57,352 bases of DNA from an uncultured Bordetella sp. (GTDB taxonomy: Bacteria; Pseudomonadota; Gammaproteobacteria; Burkholderiales; JACQAP01): the NCBI GenBank assembly GCA_964402495.1, contig CAYODB010000001.1, positions 687-58,038 of the forward strand, given 5' to 3'. Within the stretch, counting starts at the first letter, position 1; each line of letters opens with the position of its first letter. The notes beneath the pieces were generated by a model. It saw only the letters and a list, made by a program, of their open reading frames with translations, did no database searches and had not been told where the DNA came from. Position numbers and translations under genes: made by a program. This document shows, one piece after another, positions 26,091 through 36,550 of this stretch.

Positions 26091-27488
26091 GTGACGACGA
26101 ACCGCTACTCCAACGCAATCCTTGACCGACTGGTGCAGGTACGCCGCGATGAAATTGCGGCCATGCTGTGGTCATTCGCGTATTTTTTCTGCCTGCTGTG
26201 CGGTTACTACATCCTGCGGCCGGTGCGGGACGAAATGGGCATCCAGGGAGGCGTGGACAACTTGGCGCGGATGTTCACGTTTACCTTTCTCGCCATGCTC
26301 GCAGCCGTGCCGCTGTTCGGCTGGCTTTCGGCGCGCTTCCCCCGCCGCAGGCTGCTGCCGTTTATCTACCTGTTCTTCGTCGCGAACCTGCTGGTGTTCT
26401 ACGTGCTGCTCAAATTCGGGATCGCGCCGGAATACACCGCGCAGGCATTCTTCGTCTGGGTCAGCGTCTTCAACCTGTTCGTGGTCTCGGTGTTCTGGAG
26501 CCTCATGGCCGACCTGTTCCGCAACGAACAGGCGCGCAGGCTCTACGGATTCATCTCGGCCGGCGGCACGCTCGGCGCGCTGGCCGGACCTTCGATAACC
26601 GCAGTCCTTGCCGCCGACATCGGCCCGGCCAACCTGCTGCCGGTTTCCGCCTGCCTGTTGCTCATGGCCACGCTCTGCATCTATCGCCTCGGCGCCTGGG
26701 CGACAGGCAACCGGCGCAGCGCGGCCGGCGATCCCCTGGGCGGCGGCATATTCGCCGGCATCACCCTGGCATTGAAGTCGCCCTATCTGATGGGCATCGC
26801 GTTGTATGTGATTCTGGGCACGGTGCTCGGTACCTTCCTGTACTTCCATCAGGCCTACATCGTAGCCGACCAGATTACCTCGTCCGGCGAACGCACCGCG
26901 CTGTTCGCGAAAATCGACCTCGCCGTGAATGCACTGACGCTGTTCTGCCAGTTGTTCGTAGTGAACCGTCTGATCGGGCGCTTCGGCGTCGGCGTCGCCC
27001 TGATGCTGCTGCCCGTCGTCGCCATCGCCGGCTTCGTTGTCATAGGATTTTTCCCCACCCTGGGAGTGCTGATCGCCTTCCAGGTCCTGCGCCGTGCCGG
27101 CGAATACGCCATCAGCCGCCCCGCCCGGGAAATCCTGTTCACCGTGCTGAACCGCGAGGAGAAATATAAATCGAAGAATTTCATCGACACCGTCGTGTTC
27201 CGCGGCGGCGATGCGATCAGCGGCTGGCTGTTCGAGGGGTTGCGCCTGGTCGGCCTCGGATTCGCCGGCGTTGCCTTTGCCGCTGTGCCGATCGCCATGC
27301 TGTGGGTCGGCACCGGCTGGATGCTGGGCCGCAGTCAGGAAGAAATGCGCGCCAGGCTGGAATACCTGAGGAGAAAGCATGAGACCGCATCCGCGAAATC
27401 CGAATCTGAGAAATCCGCGCCGCCGCTCGATGCTGAAGGCGCTGGCGGCGGCATCGTTGACGGGGTTGGCCAGCCTGTCGCTCGCTGA
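26091..27488 (+). CDS. MFS-type transporter related to ATP/ADP-translocase (TLC/Npt)-like carriers
   Basis: 465 aa with a GTG start and about 12 TMS. YYILRPVRDEMG and FWSLMADLF resemble the NTP-translocase-like MFS group. Confidence 0.75.
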   Translation: MTTNRYSNAILDRLVQVRRDEIAAMLWSFAYFFCLLCGYYILRPVRDEMGIQGGVDNLARMFTFTFLAMLAAVPLFGWLSARFPRRRLLPFIYLFFVANLLVFYVLLKFGIAPEYTAQAFFVWVSVFNLFVVSVFWSLMADLFRNEQARRLYGFISAGGTLGALAGPSITAVLAADIGPANLLPVSACLLLMATLCIYRLGAWATGNRRSAAGDPLGGGIFAGITLALKSPYLMGIALYVILGTVLGTFLYFHQAYIVADQITSSGERTALFAKIDLAVNALTLFCQLFVVNRLIGRFGVGVALMLLPVVAIAGFVVIGFFPTLGVLIAFQVLRRAGEYAISRPAREILFTVLNREEKYKSKNFIDTVVFRGGDAISGWLFEGLRLVGLGFAGVAFAAVPIAMLWVGTGWMLGRSQEEMRARLEYLRRKHETASAKSESEKSAPPLDAEGAGGGIVDGVGQPVAR

Positions 27489-28329
27489 GTCCGGCGCCTT
27501 CAAGGTGGGCAAACGTCCCATCCCCCGCAGCGGCGAGATGCTGCCCATGGTGGGCCTCGGCACCTACCAGGCGTTCGGCGTGGGACAGGATCGCAACGAA
27601 CGGGACCCGCTGAAGGAAGTGCTGCGCCTGTTTGTCGAGCATGGTGGCGCGCTGGTGGACAGTTCGCCGATGTACGGCACGGCAGAATCCGTGGTCGGCG
27701 ACCTGGCCGCCGAACAAGGCCTGACATCGAAGCTTTTCATGGCGACCAAGGTCTGGACCACCGGCCGCGACGCGGGCATTCGCCAGATGGAAGAATCGAT
27801 GCAGCGCATGAAAGTCACGCGCATGGACCTGATGCAGATCCATAACCTGCAGGACTGGAAAACCCACGCAAAGACCCTGAAGGAATGGAAAGCGGCCGGC
27901 AGGATCCGCTACACGGGACTCACGCACTACCATTCCGGCGCCTACGGTGAACTCGAACGCCTGATCAAAACGAAAGACTTCGACTTCGTGCAGTTCAACT
28001 ATTCGATATCGGAACGCGAAGCCGAGGAAAGCCTGTTGCCGCTGGCGCAGGATACCGGGACCGCGGTCATCATCAACCGCCCGTTCGCGCAGGCCAGCCT
28101 GTTCTCGCGCGTACGCGGAAAGGAAGTACCCGCCTGGGCTGCGGAATTCGACTGCAGGTCGTGGGGACAGTTTTTCCTCAAGTACATCCTGTCGCATCCG
28201 GCCGTGACCTGCGTCATTCCCGCCACCAGCAAGCCGCATCACCTGGTGGATAACATGGGGGCGGGAATTGGGAAATTAGCCGATGCGGCGATGCGAAAGA
28301 AGATGGTCTACTACATGGACAAGCTTTGA
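27379..28329 (+). CDS. aldo/keto reductase with a twin-arginine-type signal peptide
   Basis: GAGGAG RBS before the ATG. N-terminus NPRRRSMLKALAAASLTGLASLSLAES. AKR core (GLGTYQ..., DSSPMYG, IRYTGLTHY). Overlaps the upstream gene by 110 nt. Confidence 0.85.
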   Translation: MRPHPRNPNLRNPRRRSMLKALAAASLTGLASLSLAESGAFKVGKRPIPRSGEMLPMVGLGTYQAFGVGQDRNERDPLKEVLRLFVEHGGALVDSSPMYGTAESVVGDLAAEQGLTSKLFMATKVWTTGRDAGIRQMEESMQRMKVTRMDLMQIHNLQDWKTHAKTLKEWKAAGRIRYTGLTHYHSGAYGELERLIKTKDFDFVQFNYSISEREAEESLLPLAQDTGTAVIINRPFAQASLFSRVRGKEVPAWAAEFDCRSWGQFFLKYILSHPAVTCVIPATSKPHHLVDNMGAGIGKLADAAMRKKMVYYMDKL

Positions 28330-28335
28330 GAAGCA

Positions 28336-28373
28336 CCACCTCACCCTAGCCGTCTGCGCTGCTTCACACCCCT
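28336..28373 (+). repeat. REP-like dispersed repeat, copy A
   Basis: ccacctcaccctagccgtctgcgctgcttcacacccct differs at 2 of 38 positions from 31651-31688. Confidence 0.6.
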
Positions 28374-28382
28374 ACGATGGTT

Positions 28383-29576
28383 CTACAGAAGTCCTCTCTT
28401 TGCCAGATTCCTCATCAGGTCAGCTACGCCAAAACTCCACGCCTCGACCTTGTCGCAGTGGTTGACGCGGTTGACGAGCATGCCCAGTTCGTCGGCCTGG
28501 ACGCTGACGATGTCGCCAAGCTTGTGCGTGAAGCCCTTGCCCTTTTCGTCGCGGTCCTGGATTGGCGAGAACTGCGTTCCCAGGAACAGCATGGTTCCAT
28601 CCGGATACTGGTGGCTGCGATTGACTGCCTGCCCGGCCAGGTCGAGCGGATCGCGGCTGATGTTGGCGAGGTGGCTCTCGCCCTCCAGCCTGTAGCCTTC
28701 GGGGCCAGAGACCTCTACGTGAATGTGCGTGCGGCGCAGGTCCGTAATGCCGTAGCCTTCATCGAACAACCGGATGAAAGGCCCGATCGCGCAACTGCCG
28801 TTGTTGTCTTTCGCTTTGCCTAGTAGCAACGCGCTGCGGCCTTCGAAGTCGCGCAGGTTCACGTCGTTGCCCAGCGACGCGCCCACGACCTTGCCGGCGC
28901 GATTGATCGCGAGCACGATTTCCGGCTCGGGATTGTTCCAGGAGGAGTCCGCGCGAATGCCGATCTCGGCACCCACGCCTACGGCCGACATGGGTTGTGA
29001 CTTGTTGAACACCTCGGCATCGGGGCCGATACCGACTTCCAGGTATTGCGACCACAGGTTACGGCGGAGGAGGGATTCCTTCAGACGCATCGCTTCGGGC
29101 GAACCCGGCTTGACGTTGCGGATTTCGCCGCCAATCTCCGAACCGATCGAGCCGCGGATTTCCTCCGCCTTGTTGGGATCGCCCTTGGCATGCTCCTCGA
29201 TAACGCGCTCGACCATGCTGGAGACGAAAGTCACACCGCAGGCGCGAACTGCCTGCAGATCGCACGGCACAAGCAGATAAGGCTTCCTCGGATTGCGTCG
29301 GTCCGCGTGGGAATTCGCGATCAGGTCCGCGACGTTGCCGACCGCGCTTGCCCAGCCCGCCTTGATCGATTCGCGCACCAGCCACACTGGATCGCGGCTG
29401 TTGACCAGTTCCGCGGAGGTCGGCACGACCTTCGACAGGTCCCAGGCCTTGCCGGCAAAAACTGCGATCGGGCTGGGCCCGCCCGGCTGTCCGTCGCGAG
29501 CCGGAATCCACGCCCGGCCCACCAGCGTTGCACGATCAGCATCGTTCGGAAGTATCTGTTGAACCGCGAGTTCCAT
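28383..29576 (-). CDS. fumarylacetoacetate hydrolase (FAH) family protein
   Basis: 397 aa with a C-terminal FAH fold: EPEIVLAIN..., GNDVNLRDFEGRSALLLGKAKDNNGSCAIGPF, GTMLFLGT. Confidence 0.8.
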   Translation of the reverse strand: MELAVQQILPNDADRATLVGRAWIPARDGQPGGPSPIAVFAGKAWDLSKVVPTSAELVNSRDPVWLVRESIKAGWASAVGNVADLIANSHADRRNPRKPYLLVPCDLQAVRACGVTFVSSMVERVIEEHAKGDPNKAEEIRGSIGSEIGGEIRNVKPGSPEAMRLKESLLRRNLWSQYLEVGIGPDAEVFNKSQPMSAVGVGAEIGIRADSSWNNPEPEIVLAINRAGKVVGASLGNDVNLRDFEGRSALLLGKAKDNNGSCAIGPFIRLFDEGYGITDLRRTHIHVEVSGPEGYRLEGESHLANISRDPLDLAGQAVNRSHQYPDGTMLFLGTQFSPIQDRDEKGKGFTHKLGDIVSVQADELGMLVNRVNHCDKVEAWSFGVADLMRNLAKRGLL

Positions 29577-29620
29577 TGCCTTGCCTCCCCCGGTTTATCC
29601 GGCCTTCTTGATGCGTTGAC

Positions 29621-30193
29621 TTAGTCTGCTTTCTCGATGAGAAAGAGGTTCTCCGGCGCGCAACCCGGCGTGCAAAGCACCACCCAGCCTTTGCGCTCGG
29701 AGCGGAAACCGAAATAAGCATCCAGTTCATGCCCGAGGTCATTGGTCGCCATCAGCTTGATGATGCGCGCCGGCGCCGCCTGCTCGGGATACGTCGGCAG
29801 TTCCCTGGCGAATTTCTCGTGCAGCTTGCGTATTTCGGGCTCCGAAAGGTCGACGGTTCTGAAGCCGGTGAAAAACCGCGGCCCGCCATGCCCCCACGAC
29901 GCCTGGGGCGCATAGGCCGGAATGAAGGGACGATCGAAGTAGCTGCCGGGATAGCGCCAAGTCCAGCCCTCACTCGCGACGAGGCTCTGCCTCATGGGGT
30001 TACACTCTATCTGCGCGGGGCTGGCGATGGCCTCGGGCAGCGCCGTCGCAACGTTCGCGGCGGGCTGCTCACAATCGATCACGGTGTAGCCTTGCTCGCC
30101 TTCGGTTTCGGAAACGGGCATGGCCGGAACCGCAGCAAGAGACAAAAGCAACCCCAAAGAGAGTCGAACGAACACGATGGATATCCTCCACAT
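29621..30193 (-). CDS. secreted hypothetical protein
   Basis: Signal peptide MWRISIVFVRLSLGLLLSLAAVPA, four Cys, no family recognised. Confidence 0.6.
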   Translation of the reverse strand: MWRISIVFVRLSLGLLLSLAAVPAMPVSETEGEQGYTVIDCEQPAANVATALPEAIASPAQIECNPMRQSLVASEGWTWRYPGSYFDRPFIPAYAPQASWGHGGPRFFTGFRTVDLSEPEIRKLHEKFARELPTYPEQAAPARIIKLMATNDLGHELDAYFGFRSERKGWVVLCTPGCAPENLFLIEKAD

Positions 30194-30265
30194 GGCTTGT
30201 GAACACCTGTTTGCAACGAATTATACAGACGCGAAGACCGGTGACCCGGTGCCCGCAGCCGCCTG

Positions 30266-31702
30266 ATGCTTGACCGGCCGCTGATCTTCCTCGACCTCGA
30301 GACCACCGGCGCTTCCCCGTCGTTCGACCGCATCACGGAAATCGGGCTGGTGGAAGTCGATCGCGGCGACTTTGTAGGCGAATGGAGCACGCTGGTCAAT
30401 CCCGGCCGGGGCATTCCCACCAACATCCAGCAACTGACCGGCATCACCGATGCGATGGTCGGGAATGCGCCCCCGTTCTCGGAACTGGCCGGGGCACTGC
30501 TCCGCCGGCTTGAGGGCAAGGTGCTGGTCGCCCACAACGCGCGCTTCGACCACGGCTTCCTGAGCAGCGAATTCCGCCGCGCCGGCATGCGCTACCAGCC
30601 GGAGATCCTGTGCACCGTCAAATTGTCCCGCAAGTTGTTTCCCCAGCATCCGCGGCACAACCTGGACAGCGTGATCGAGCGCCATGGCTTGATCTGCGAC
30701 CATCGCCATCGCGCCCTTGGAGATGCCAAGGTGTTGTGGCAATTCACGCAGGAAATCCACCTCGATCCCGGTCCGGATGCCGTGCGGGCAGCCGTCGAAA
30801 ACTTGCTGCGGAAACCGGCCCTGCCCGCAAACCTCCCACCTAACGCGTTGGACGATTTGCCAGAAGGGCCAGGGGCCTATGTGTTCTATGGCGCCAACGA
30901 TGCGCCGCTTTTCATAGGCAAGTCCATGAACCTGTCCAGCCGTGTCGTCGCCCACTTCAGCGGTGAATCCCGATCCACGCGGGACCGCAACATGGCCGCC
31001 GAAGTGACCCGGGTGGAATGGTTCGCAACAGCGGGAGAGTTGGGCATGCTGATCAAAAAAGCCCAGCTCTTGCAACGACTGTCTCCATCGCTGAACCAGC
31101 GTTCGCGGCAGGTCGACGATCATTGCGCCATCCACTGGGATCCGGTCGACGGGCCGAATCCGCCGATCCTGGTCGATACCGATGATCCCGGATTCTGGAC
31201 CCGGCGGGGCCTTTACGGCCTGTTCCGGTCACACCGGGTGGCGCTGAATGCGTTGCGGGAACTCGCCGATTCGCACGGCTTGTGCCACATCGCCATCGGT
31301 ATCGAACAGGGCAAAGGCCCCTGCCTCGGCCGCCGGTTGAATCGCTGCAAAGGCACCTGCGTCGGCGAGGAAAGCGCGCTTGCGCACGCGATGCGCATGA
31401 CCCAGGCACTGCAATCCCTGCGCATGCAGGAATGGCCGTTCCCGGGGCGCGTCGGCATTCGCGAACACGACTCCGTGGCAGGCCGCAGCGAGATCCACGT
31501 GTTCGATCGCTGGCGCCACCTGGGTAGTTATGATTCACAGGCGGATCTTGAAGAAGCCCTGCTGGAACGGCAGGAGCCGTCGTTCGATTTCGACACCTAC
31601 AAACTGTTGCGGAAATTCCTCAGGGACCTGCCGAGGGGGGTTGAGATTGTCCACCTCACCCCAGCCCTCTGCGCTGCTTCACACCCCTCCGGGTGCATGT
31701 GA
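30266..31702 (+). CDS. DnaQ-like 3'-5' exonuclease fused to a GIY-YIG (Cho/UvrC-N-like) nuclease
   Basis: N-terminal DEDDh motifs (FLDLETTG, AHNARFDHGFL, HRALGDA), then GPGAYVFYGANDAPLFIGKSMNLSSRV (GIY-YIG). The last ~17 codons are encoded by a REP-like repeat. Confidence 0.85.
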   Translation: MLDRPLIFLDLETTGASPSFDRITEIGLVEVDRGDFVGEWSTLVNPGRGIPTNIQQLTGITDAMVGNAPPFSELAGALLRRLEGKVLVAHNARFDHGFLSSEFRRAGMRYQPEILCTVKLSRKLFPQHPRHNLDSVIERHGLICDHRHRALGDAKVLWQFTQEIHLDPGPDAVRAAVENLLRKPALPANLPPNALDDLPEGPGAYVFYGANDAPLFIGKSMNLSSRVVAHFSGESRSTRDRNMAAEVTRVEWFATAGELGMLIKKAQLLQRLSPSLNQRSRQVDDHCAIHWDPVDGPNPPILVDTDDPGFWTRRGLYGLFRSHRVALNALRELADSHGLCHIAIGIEQGKGPCLGRRLNRCKGTCVGEESALAHAMRMTQALQSLRMQEWPFPGRVGIREHDSVAGRSEIHVFDRWRHLGSYDSQADLEEALLERQEPSFDFDTYKLLRKFLRDLPRGVEIVHLTPALCAASHPSGCM

Positions 31703-31742
31703 GTGTGCCCTTGCGCCCTAAAGGCGGAGAGGGAGCAATGGT
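31651..31742 (+). repeat. REP-like dispersed repeat, copy B (extended, partly palindromic)
   Basis: ccacctcaccccagccctctgcgctgcttcacacccct, followed by ...ggcggagagggagcaatggtg, whose reverse complement resembles the left end. Confidence 0.55.
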
Positions 31743-31764
31743 GCAATCGCATGCCCTGTGACGA

Positions 31765-32556
31765 TCAGGTTGTCCGTTGTCTTCCCAGGAAATCAGTGAG
31801 CGCATTGTTGAAGGCTTGGGGCTGTTCCAGGTTGGACAAGTGCGACGCCGAGGGGATGACCACCAGTTCCGAGCCGGAGATCGCATTCTGGATTGCCTGC
31901 GACATCGCCACCGGCGTGCCGACGTCCTGATCCCCGACGATGACCTGCACCGGGCACTTGATGGCGCCAAGCCTGTCCGTCAGGTTGATTTTCGGGATGG
32001 CATGGCAGCAGCCAATGTAGCCCGCAGTAGGCGTACTGCGGATCATCTGTCCGATGCGCGCCATCATCGCCTTGCTGGATTTGTAGAAAGGTTGGGTGAA
32101 CCAGCGCTGCAGGGTCGGTTCCACCAGCGGCTCCATGCCTTGTTCCGCCGCCGTCTTGATACGGCCCTCCCACACCGGCCCTGCCTCGGGCGGAACACGG
32201 CTGGAAGTATCACAGAGCACCAGGCTGCTGAAACGTCCCGGATGCTTCAGCGCGAACGTCATGCCGATCATGCCGCCCATGGAAAGGCCGACATAATGCG
32301 CCCTGGTGATACCGAGTCCGTCGAGCAATCCGAGCAGGTCCTCGGAAAGCATTTCCAGGGTGTACGCGCCCGCCGGGGCGTCGCTGGCACCATGTCCCCG
32401 GCTGTCGAATCGCAGAACGCGAAAACTTCGCTTCAGCACCGCCACCTGCTCGTCCCACATGGATGCATTGCAGGCGAGGGAGTGGCTCATCACCACCCAG
32501 GGACCTTCGCCTTCCACCACGTAATTGAGTTCGATGCCGTTGGTTCTTATTTTCAT
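31765..32556 (-). CDS. alpha/beta hydrolase, 3-oxoadipate enol-lactonase (PcaD)-like
   Basis: 263 aa: VVMSHSLACNASMWD, nucleophile elbow GLSMGG, C-terminal His region SHLSNLEQP. Confidence 0.85.
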   Translation of the reverse strand: MKIRTNGIELNYVVEGEGPWVVMSHSLACNASMWDEQVAVLKRSFRVLRFDSRGHGASDAPAGAYTLEMLSEDLLGLLDGLGITRAHYVGLSMGGMIGMTFALKHPGRFSSLVLCDTSSRVPPEAGPVWEGRIKTAAEQGMEPLVEPTLQRWFTQPFYKSSKAMMARIGQMIRSTPTAGYIGCCHAIPKINLTDRLGAIKCPVQVIVGDQDVGTPVAMSQAIQNAISGSELVVIPSASHLSNLEQPQAFNNALTDFLGRQRTT

Positions 32557-32714
32557 GCCACCCTCCGCCCGGTCGGTCGAACCGGTCCGTCGAAGTATAG
32601 GTCGGCGTCGACACCAGCCACAACTCCATGCGGCGGAATTCGTCGTAACATCCGCATTCCAGCGCGGAGTGCCCGGTATGCCGCGACCAGAAAAACAAAC
32701 AAGGAGGAGGCATC

Positions 32715-33716
32715 TTGAGACTCGTTCAATTCAATGACCGCGCGGGCGGCCGCAAGCTTGCGATCGTCTCGGACGATGGCAGCACACTGCAGCTGCTCTC
32801 CGGAATCGCCCGCACCTACGATCTCGCGCAGGTGGCCGCGCGCGAAAAGACGTCACTGGAAGCCGCGGCCCGCAAAAGGCTCGGTAAGGAAACCGAACGC
32901 TACGACGATGTGATCGCATCCCGGCGCCTGCTGCCGCCGCTGGACCATCCCGACCCCTATCGCTGCCTGATCACCGGCACGGGGTTGTCCCATCTCGGCA
33001 GCGCCGCCGCACGGGATTCCATGCATACCAAGATCCAGAAGGACGAATCGGAGCTCACCGATTCCATGAAAATGTTCAAATGGGGCGTGGAAGGAGGCAA
33101 GCCGGCTGCTGGAAAGATCGGCACCGCTCCGGAGTGGTTCTACAAGGGAGATGGACGCTGCGTCGTCGCACCGGAAGCATCCCTGGAACTGCCATGCTAT
33201 GCGCTCGACGGCGGCGAGGAAGTGGAAATCGTTGGCCTCTACGTCATTGGCGACAGCGGCGAAGTCCTGCGCGTCGGCTTTGCGCTCGGCAACGAATATG
33301 CCGACCACGTGATGGAGCGCCAGAATTATCTTTACCTCGCCCACTCGAAGCTGCGCCAGTGCAGCTACGGGCCGGAGCTCCTGGTCGGCGAACTGCCGCA
33401 GTCGGTGGCGGGTCGCGCGCGGCTATGGCGTGACGGCAAGGAGATCTGGGCCGAAGACTGGCTGTCGGGCGACGAGAACATGTGCCATTCGATCGCCAAC
33501 CTGGAACACCATCATTTCAAGTACCGCGATTTTCGCCACCCCGGCGACGTGCACGTGCATTTCTTCGGCGCTGCGACCGGCAGCTTCACCAAGAAAATCG
33601 AAACGAAGGTGGGCGATGTGTTCGAGATTGCCGCCTCCGCTTTCGGCAAGCCCCTGCGCAACACTCTGGCCGCGGCAAAGGAACAAAACTCCCTTGTTAC
33701 CGTGCGAACCCTCTAG
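32715..33716 (+). CDS. AraD1/GguC-like FAH-superfamily protein
   Basis: MRLVQFNDRAGGRKLAIV..., 333 aa. PEWFYKGDG and LGNEYADHVMERQNYLYLAHSKLR resemble the AraD1 family as I recall it. Confidence 0.75.
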   Translation: MRLVQFNDRAGGRKLAIVSDDGSTLQLLSGIARTYDLAQVAAREKTSLEAAARKRLGKETERYDDVIASRRLLPPLDHPDPYRCLITGTGLSHLGSAAARDSMHTKIQKDESELTDSMKMFKWGVEGGKPAAGKIGTAPEWFYKGDGRCVVAPEASLELPCYALDGGEEVEIVGLYVIGDSGEVLRVGFALGNEYADHVMERQNYLYLAHSKLRQCSYGPELLVGELPQSVAGRARLWRDGKEIWAEDWLSGDENMCHSIANLEHHHFKYRDFRHPGDVHVHFFGAATGSFTKKIETKVGDVFEIAASAFGKPLRNTLAAAKEQNSLVTVRTL

Positions 33717-33733
33717 GCGTTACCTTACAAACG

Positions 33734-33763
33734 AATAGGGCCGCTTTGCGGCCCTATTTTTAT
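33734..33763. terminator. bidirectional rho-independent terminator
   Basis: aatagggccgctttgcggccctattttta lies between the convergent AraD1-like and folE2 genes. Confidence 0.7.
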
Positions 33764-33783
33764 TTCTCCGAGTCGCGCACCCG

Positions 33784-34575
33784 TCAGTTTTTCTCAATCA
33801 AAGCATACGCAGAATGGTTGTGGATCGACTCAAAATTCTCTGACTCAACCACGTAACCCTCGATGCGCTTGTCCTTGTTGAGGACAGTGGCCACGTCGCG
33901 GACCAGGTCCTCGACGAACTTCGGATTGTCGTAGGCACGCTCGGTGACGTATTTCTCATCCGGTCGCTTGAGCAGGCCGTAAAGTTCGCAGGAGGCCTGC
34001 TCCTCAGCCATGCGCACGATTTCCTCGATCCACACATGCTCGCTGGTGCGCGCGGTGATGGTGACGTGGGACCGCTGGTTGTGCGCGCCGTAGTCCGAGA
34101 TCTTCTTCGAGCAGGGACACAGGCTGGTCACCGGCACCACGACTTTCATGGAAAAAGTGTACTCGCCCTTGCGTACTTCTCCGACGAACGTGACTTCGTA
34201 GTCGAGCAGGCTTTTCACTCCGGAGACCGGCGCCGCCTTGTTGATGAAGTACGGAAAGGTCATCTCGATGTGGCCGAACTCGGCCTCGAGGCGCTTGACC
34301 ATGTCTCGCAGCATGCCCTCGAAGGACTCGACCGAGATTTCCCCTTCGCGGGAATTCAGGATCTCGACGAAGCGCGACATGTGGGTGCCCTTGAAGTTAT
34401 GCGGCAGGCCCACATACATATTGAAGGTGGCGATGGTGTGCTGGACGCCGCCGCTTTTGTCGGCGACGCGCACCGGGTGCCGGATGGCCTTGATCCCGAC
34501 CTTGTCGATCGCGAGGTGGCGGGTATCCGCCGAGCTTTGCACGTCTGGTATGACAAAGCTGTCGGGGGAGTTCAT
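33784..34575 (-). CDS. folE2: GTP cyclohydrolase FolE2 (type IB)
   Basis: IPDVQSS...[18 protein letters not shown] and SLCPCSK...GAHNQRS are FolE2/MptA signature regions. Confidence 0.9.
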   Translation of the reverse strand: MNSPDSFVIPDVQSSADTRHLAIDKVGIKAIRHPVRVADKSGGVQHTIATFNMYVGLPHNFKGTHMSRFVEILNSREGEISVESFEGMLRDMVKRLEAEFGHIEMTFPYFINKAAPVSGVKSLLDYEVTFVGEVRKGEYTFSMKVVVPVTSLCPCSKKISDYGAHNQRSHVTITARTSEHVWIEEIVRMAEEQASCELYGLLKRPDEKYVTERAYDNPKFVEDLVRDVATVLNKDKRIEGYVVESENFESIHNHSAYALIEKN

Positions 34576-34637
34576 TGAAGAATATTCCTTGAACAGGGTC
34601 AGGGCTAGATTATAGACGGCCCCAATAGTTGAGTAAA

Positions 34638-36482
34638 CTACTCGGCTACTAAGGTTTTGATTGACGCATGGATGCCCTCGGCGTCCAGGCCGCAGTTCTT
34701 CAGCAGCTTCACCGGATCGCCATGGTCGATGAACCGGTCCGGCAGGCCCAGTTGCAGAACTTTCTTGTTGATCCCCTGTTTTTCAAGAACTTCGAGTACC
34801 GCGCTGCCCGCGCCTCCGAGGATGGTGTTCTCCTCAACGGTAACCAGAAACTCGTGGCTGGCAGCCAGGTCCCGGATGAGATCCTCGTCCAGCGGTTTGA
34901 CGAAGCGCATGTTCGCGACCGTGGCATCCAGCTTCTCCGCGGCATCTAGACAGGGCTTGAGGAGGGCGCCGAACGACAGGATGGCAATGCGCTTGCCGCG
35001 ACGGCGGATTTCGCCCTTGCCAATGGGCAGGGCTTGCATCCTGGTCTCCGCAACGACGCCCGGGCCCGCGCCGCGCGGGTAGCGCACCGCCACGGGGCTG
35101 TCGATCTGAAATCCGGTGTAGAGCATCTGGCGACATTCATTTTCGTCTGCCGGCGCCATCACCATCATGTTCGGCAGGCAGCGCATGTAGCTGAGGTCGA
35201 AACTGCCGGCATGCGTGGGTCCGTCCGCGCCCACCAGGCCGGCGCGATCGATGGCGAACAGCACCGGAAGGTTCTGGATACAGATGTCGTGGATCAGTTG
35301 GTCGTAAGCGCGCTGCAGGAATGTGGAGTAAATCGCGACGACGGGTTTGAAGCCCTCACAGGCGAGGCCCGCGGCGAAGGTCAGCGCATGCTGTTCGGCG
35401 ATGCCGACGTCGAAGTAACGGTCGGGATACTCCTGCGAGAACCTCACCAGGCCCGAGCCTTCGCGCATCGCGGGCGTGATGCCGATCAGGCGCGAATCCT
35501 GCGCTGCCATGTCGCACAGCCAGTCCCCGAAAATCTGGGTGTATGCGGGCTTGCCTGCCGCCTTGGCGACGATGCCCGCCGCCGGATCGAATTTGGTTAC
35601 GCCGTGGTAGAGGATCGGATCGTCCTCTGCGCGCTCATAGCCCTTGCCCTTGCGCGTCACAACGTGCAGGAATTGCGGGCCCTCGAGCTTTTTCAGGTTG
35701 CCCAGAGTCTGCACCAGCACATCGATGTTATGGCCGTCGATCGGCCCGATGTAATTGAAGCCGAATTCCTCGAACAGCGTGCCAGGCGTCACCATGCCCT
35801 TGACGTGCTCCTCGGCACGTTTGGCAAGTTCCAGGACGGGCGGCATCACGCCCAGCACCTTTTCGCCCGTCTTGCGCGCGGCCGCGTAAAAGCGACCGGA
35901 CATGAGCTTTGCCAGGTAGTTGTTCAGCGCCCCGACATTTTCCGAAATGGACATGTCGTTGTCGTTAAGGACGACGAGCAGGTTCGCATCCATGTTGCCG
36001 GCGTTGTTGAGCGCTTCGAAGGCCATGCCGGCCGTCATCGCACCGTCGCCGATGATCGCGACGACGCGCCGCTCCTCGCCCTTGAGCCGCGCCGCCACAG
36101 CCATCCCCAGGGCTGCGCTGATCGAGGTGCTGGAATGGGCGGTGCCGAAGGTGTCGTATTCGCTTTCGACGCGGCGGGGGAAACCGGCAATACCGTCGAG
36201 CTGACGCAGGGTCGACATCCGGTCGCGGCGCCCGGTAAGAACCTTGTGCGCGTAAGTCTGGTGGCCCACGTCCCAAACGAGCCGGTCCTGCGGCGTGTCG
36301 AACACATAGTGCAGCGCCACCGTGAGCTCGACCGTTCCCAGGTTGGAGGACAGGTGGCCGCCAGTGCCGGAAACGGACTCGATCAGGTATTCACGCAGTT
36401 CCTGCGCGACCTCATGCAGTTGCTTGCGATCCAGCGCGCGCAGTTCGGCGGGAGAGTTTATTTTCTTGAGCAGGTTGTACAT
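34638..36482 (-). CDS. dxs: 1-deoxy-D-xylulose-5-phosphate synthase
   Basis: 614 aa: [76 protein letters not shown]. Confidence 0.95.
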   Translation of the reverse strand: MYNLLKKINSPAELRALDRKQLHEVAQELREYLIESVSGTGGHLSSNLGTVELTVALHYVFDTPQDRLVWDVGHQTYAHKVLTGRRDRMSTLRQLDGIAGFPRRVESEYDTFGTAHSSTSISAALGMAVAARLKGEERRVVAIIGDGAMTAGMAFEALNNAGNMDANLLVVLNDNDMSISENVGALNNYLAKLMSGRFYAAARKTGEKVLGVMPPVLELAKRAEEHVKGMVTPGTLFEEFGFNYIGPIDGHNIDVLVQTLGNLKKLEGPQFLHVVTRKGKGYERAEDDPILYHGVTKFDPAAGIVAKAAGKPAYTQIFGDWLCDMAAQDSRLIGITPAMREGSGLVRFSQEYPDRYFDVGIAEQHALTFAAGLACEGFKPVVAIYSTFLQRAYDQLIHDICIQNLPVLFAIDRAGLVGADGPTHAGSFDLSYMRCLPNMMVMAPADENECRQMLYTGFQIDSPVAVRYPRGAGPGVVAETRMQALPIGKGEIRRRGKRIAILSFGALLKPCLDAAEKLDATVANMRFVKPLDEDLIRDLAASHEFLVTVEENTILGGAGSAVLEVLEKQGINKKVLQLGLPDRFIDHGDPVKLLKNCGLDAEGIHASIKTLVAE

Positions 36483-36550
36483 CTTCGGGTTTTACAGGGT
36501 TGGGGCATTTCGAGTGCAAGGCGCCCGGAAGCCGGGAATTTTTCCCGCGC

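Noticed and set aside
26172-27563. 463-aa minus-strand ORF, and the 333-aa plus-strand ORF at 26168..27169.
   Set aside because: They overlap the MFS-like transporter in other frames. They are highly charged and Arg-rich, unlike the coherent 12-TMS product of 26091..27488.
30200-30265. Possible LexA/SOS box upstream of the Cho-like nuclease (CTGTttgcaacgaattatACAG).
   Set aside because: The CTGT and ACAG halves are separated by 14 nt, not the 8 nt of the gamma/beta-proteobacterial consensus, and no other SOS-box type fits convincingly.
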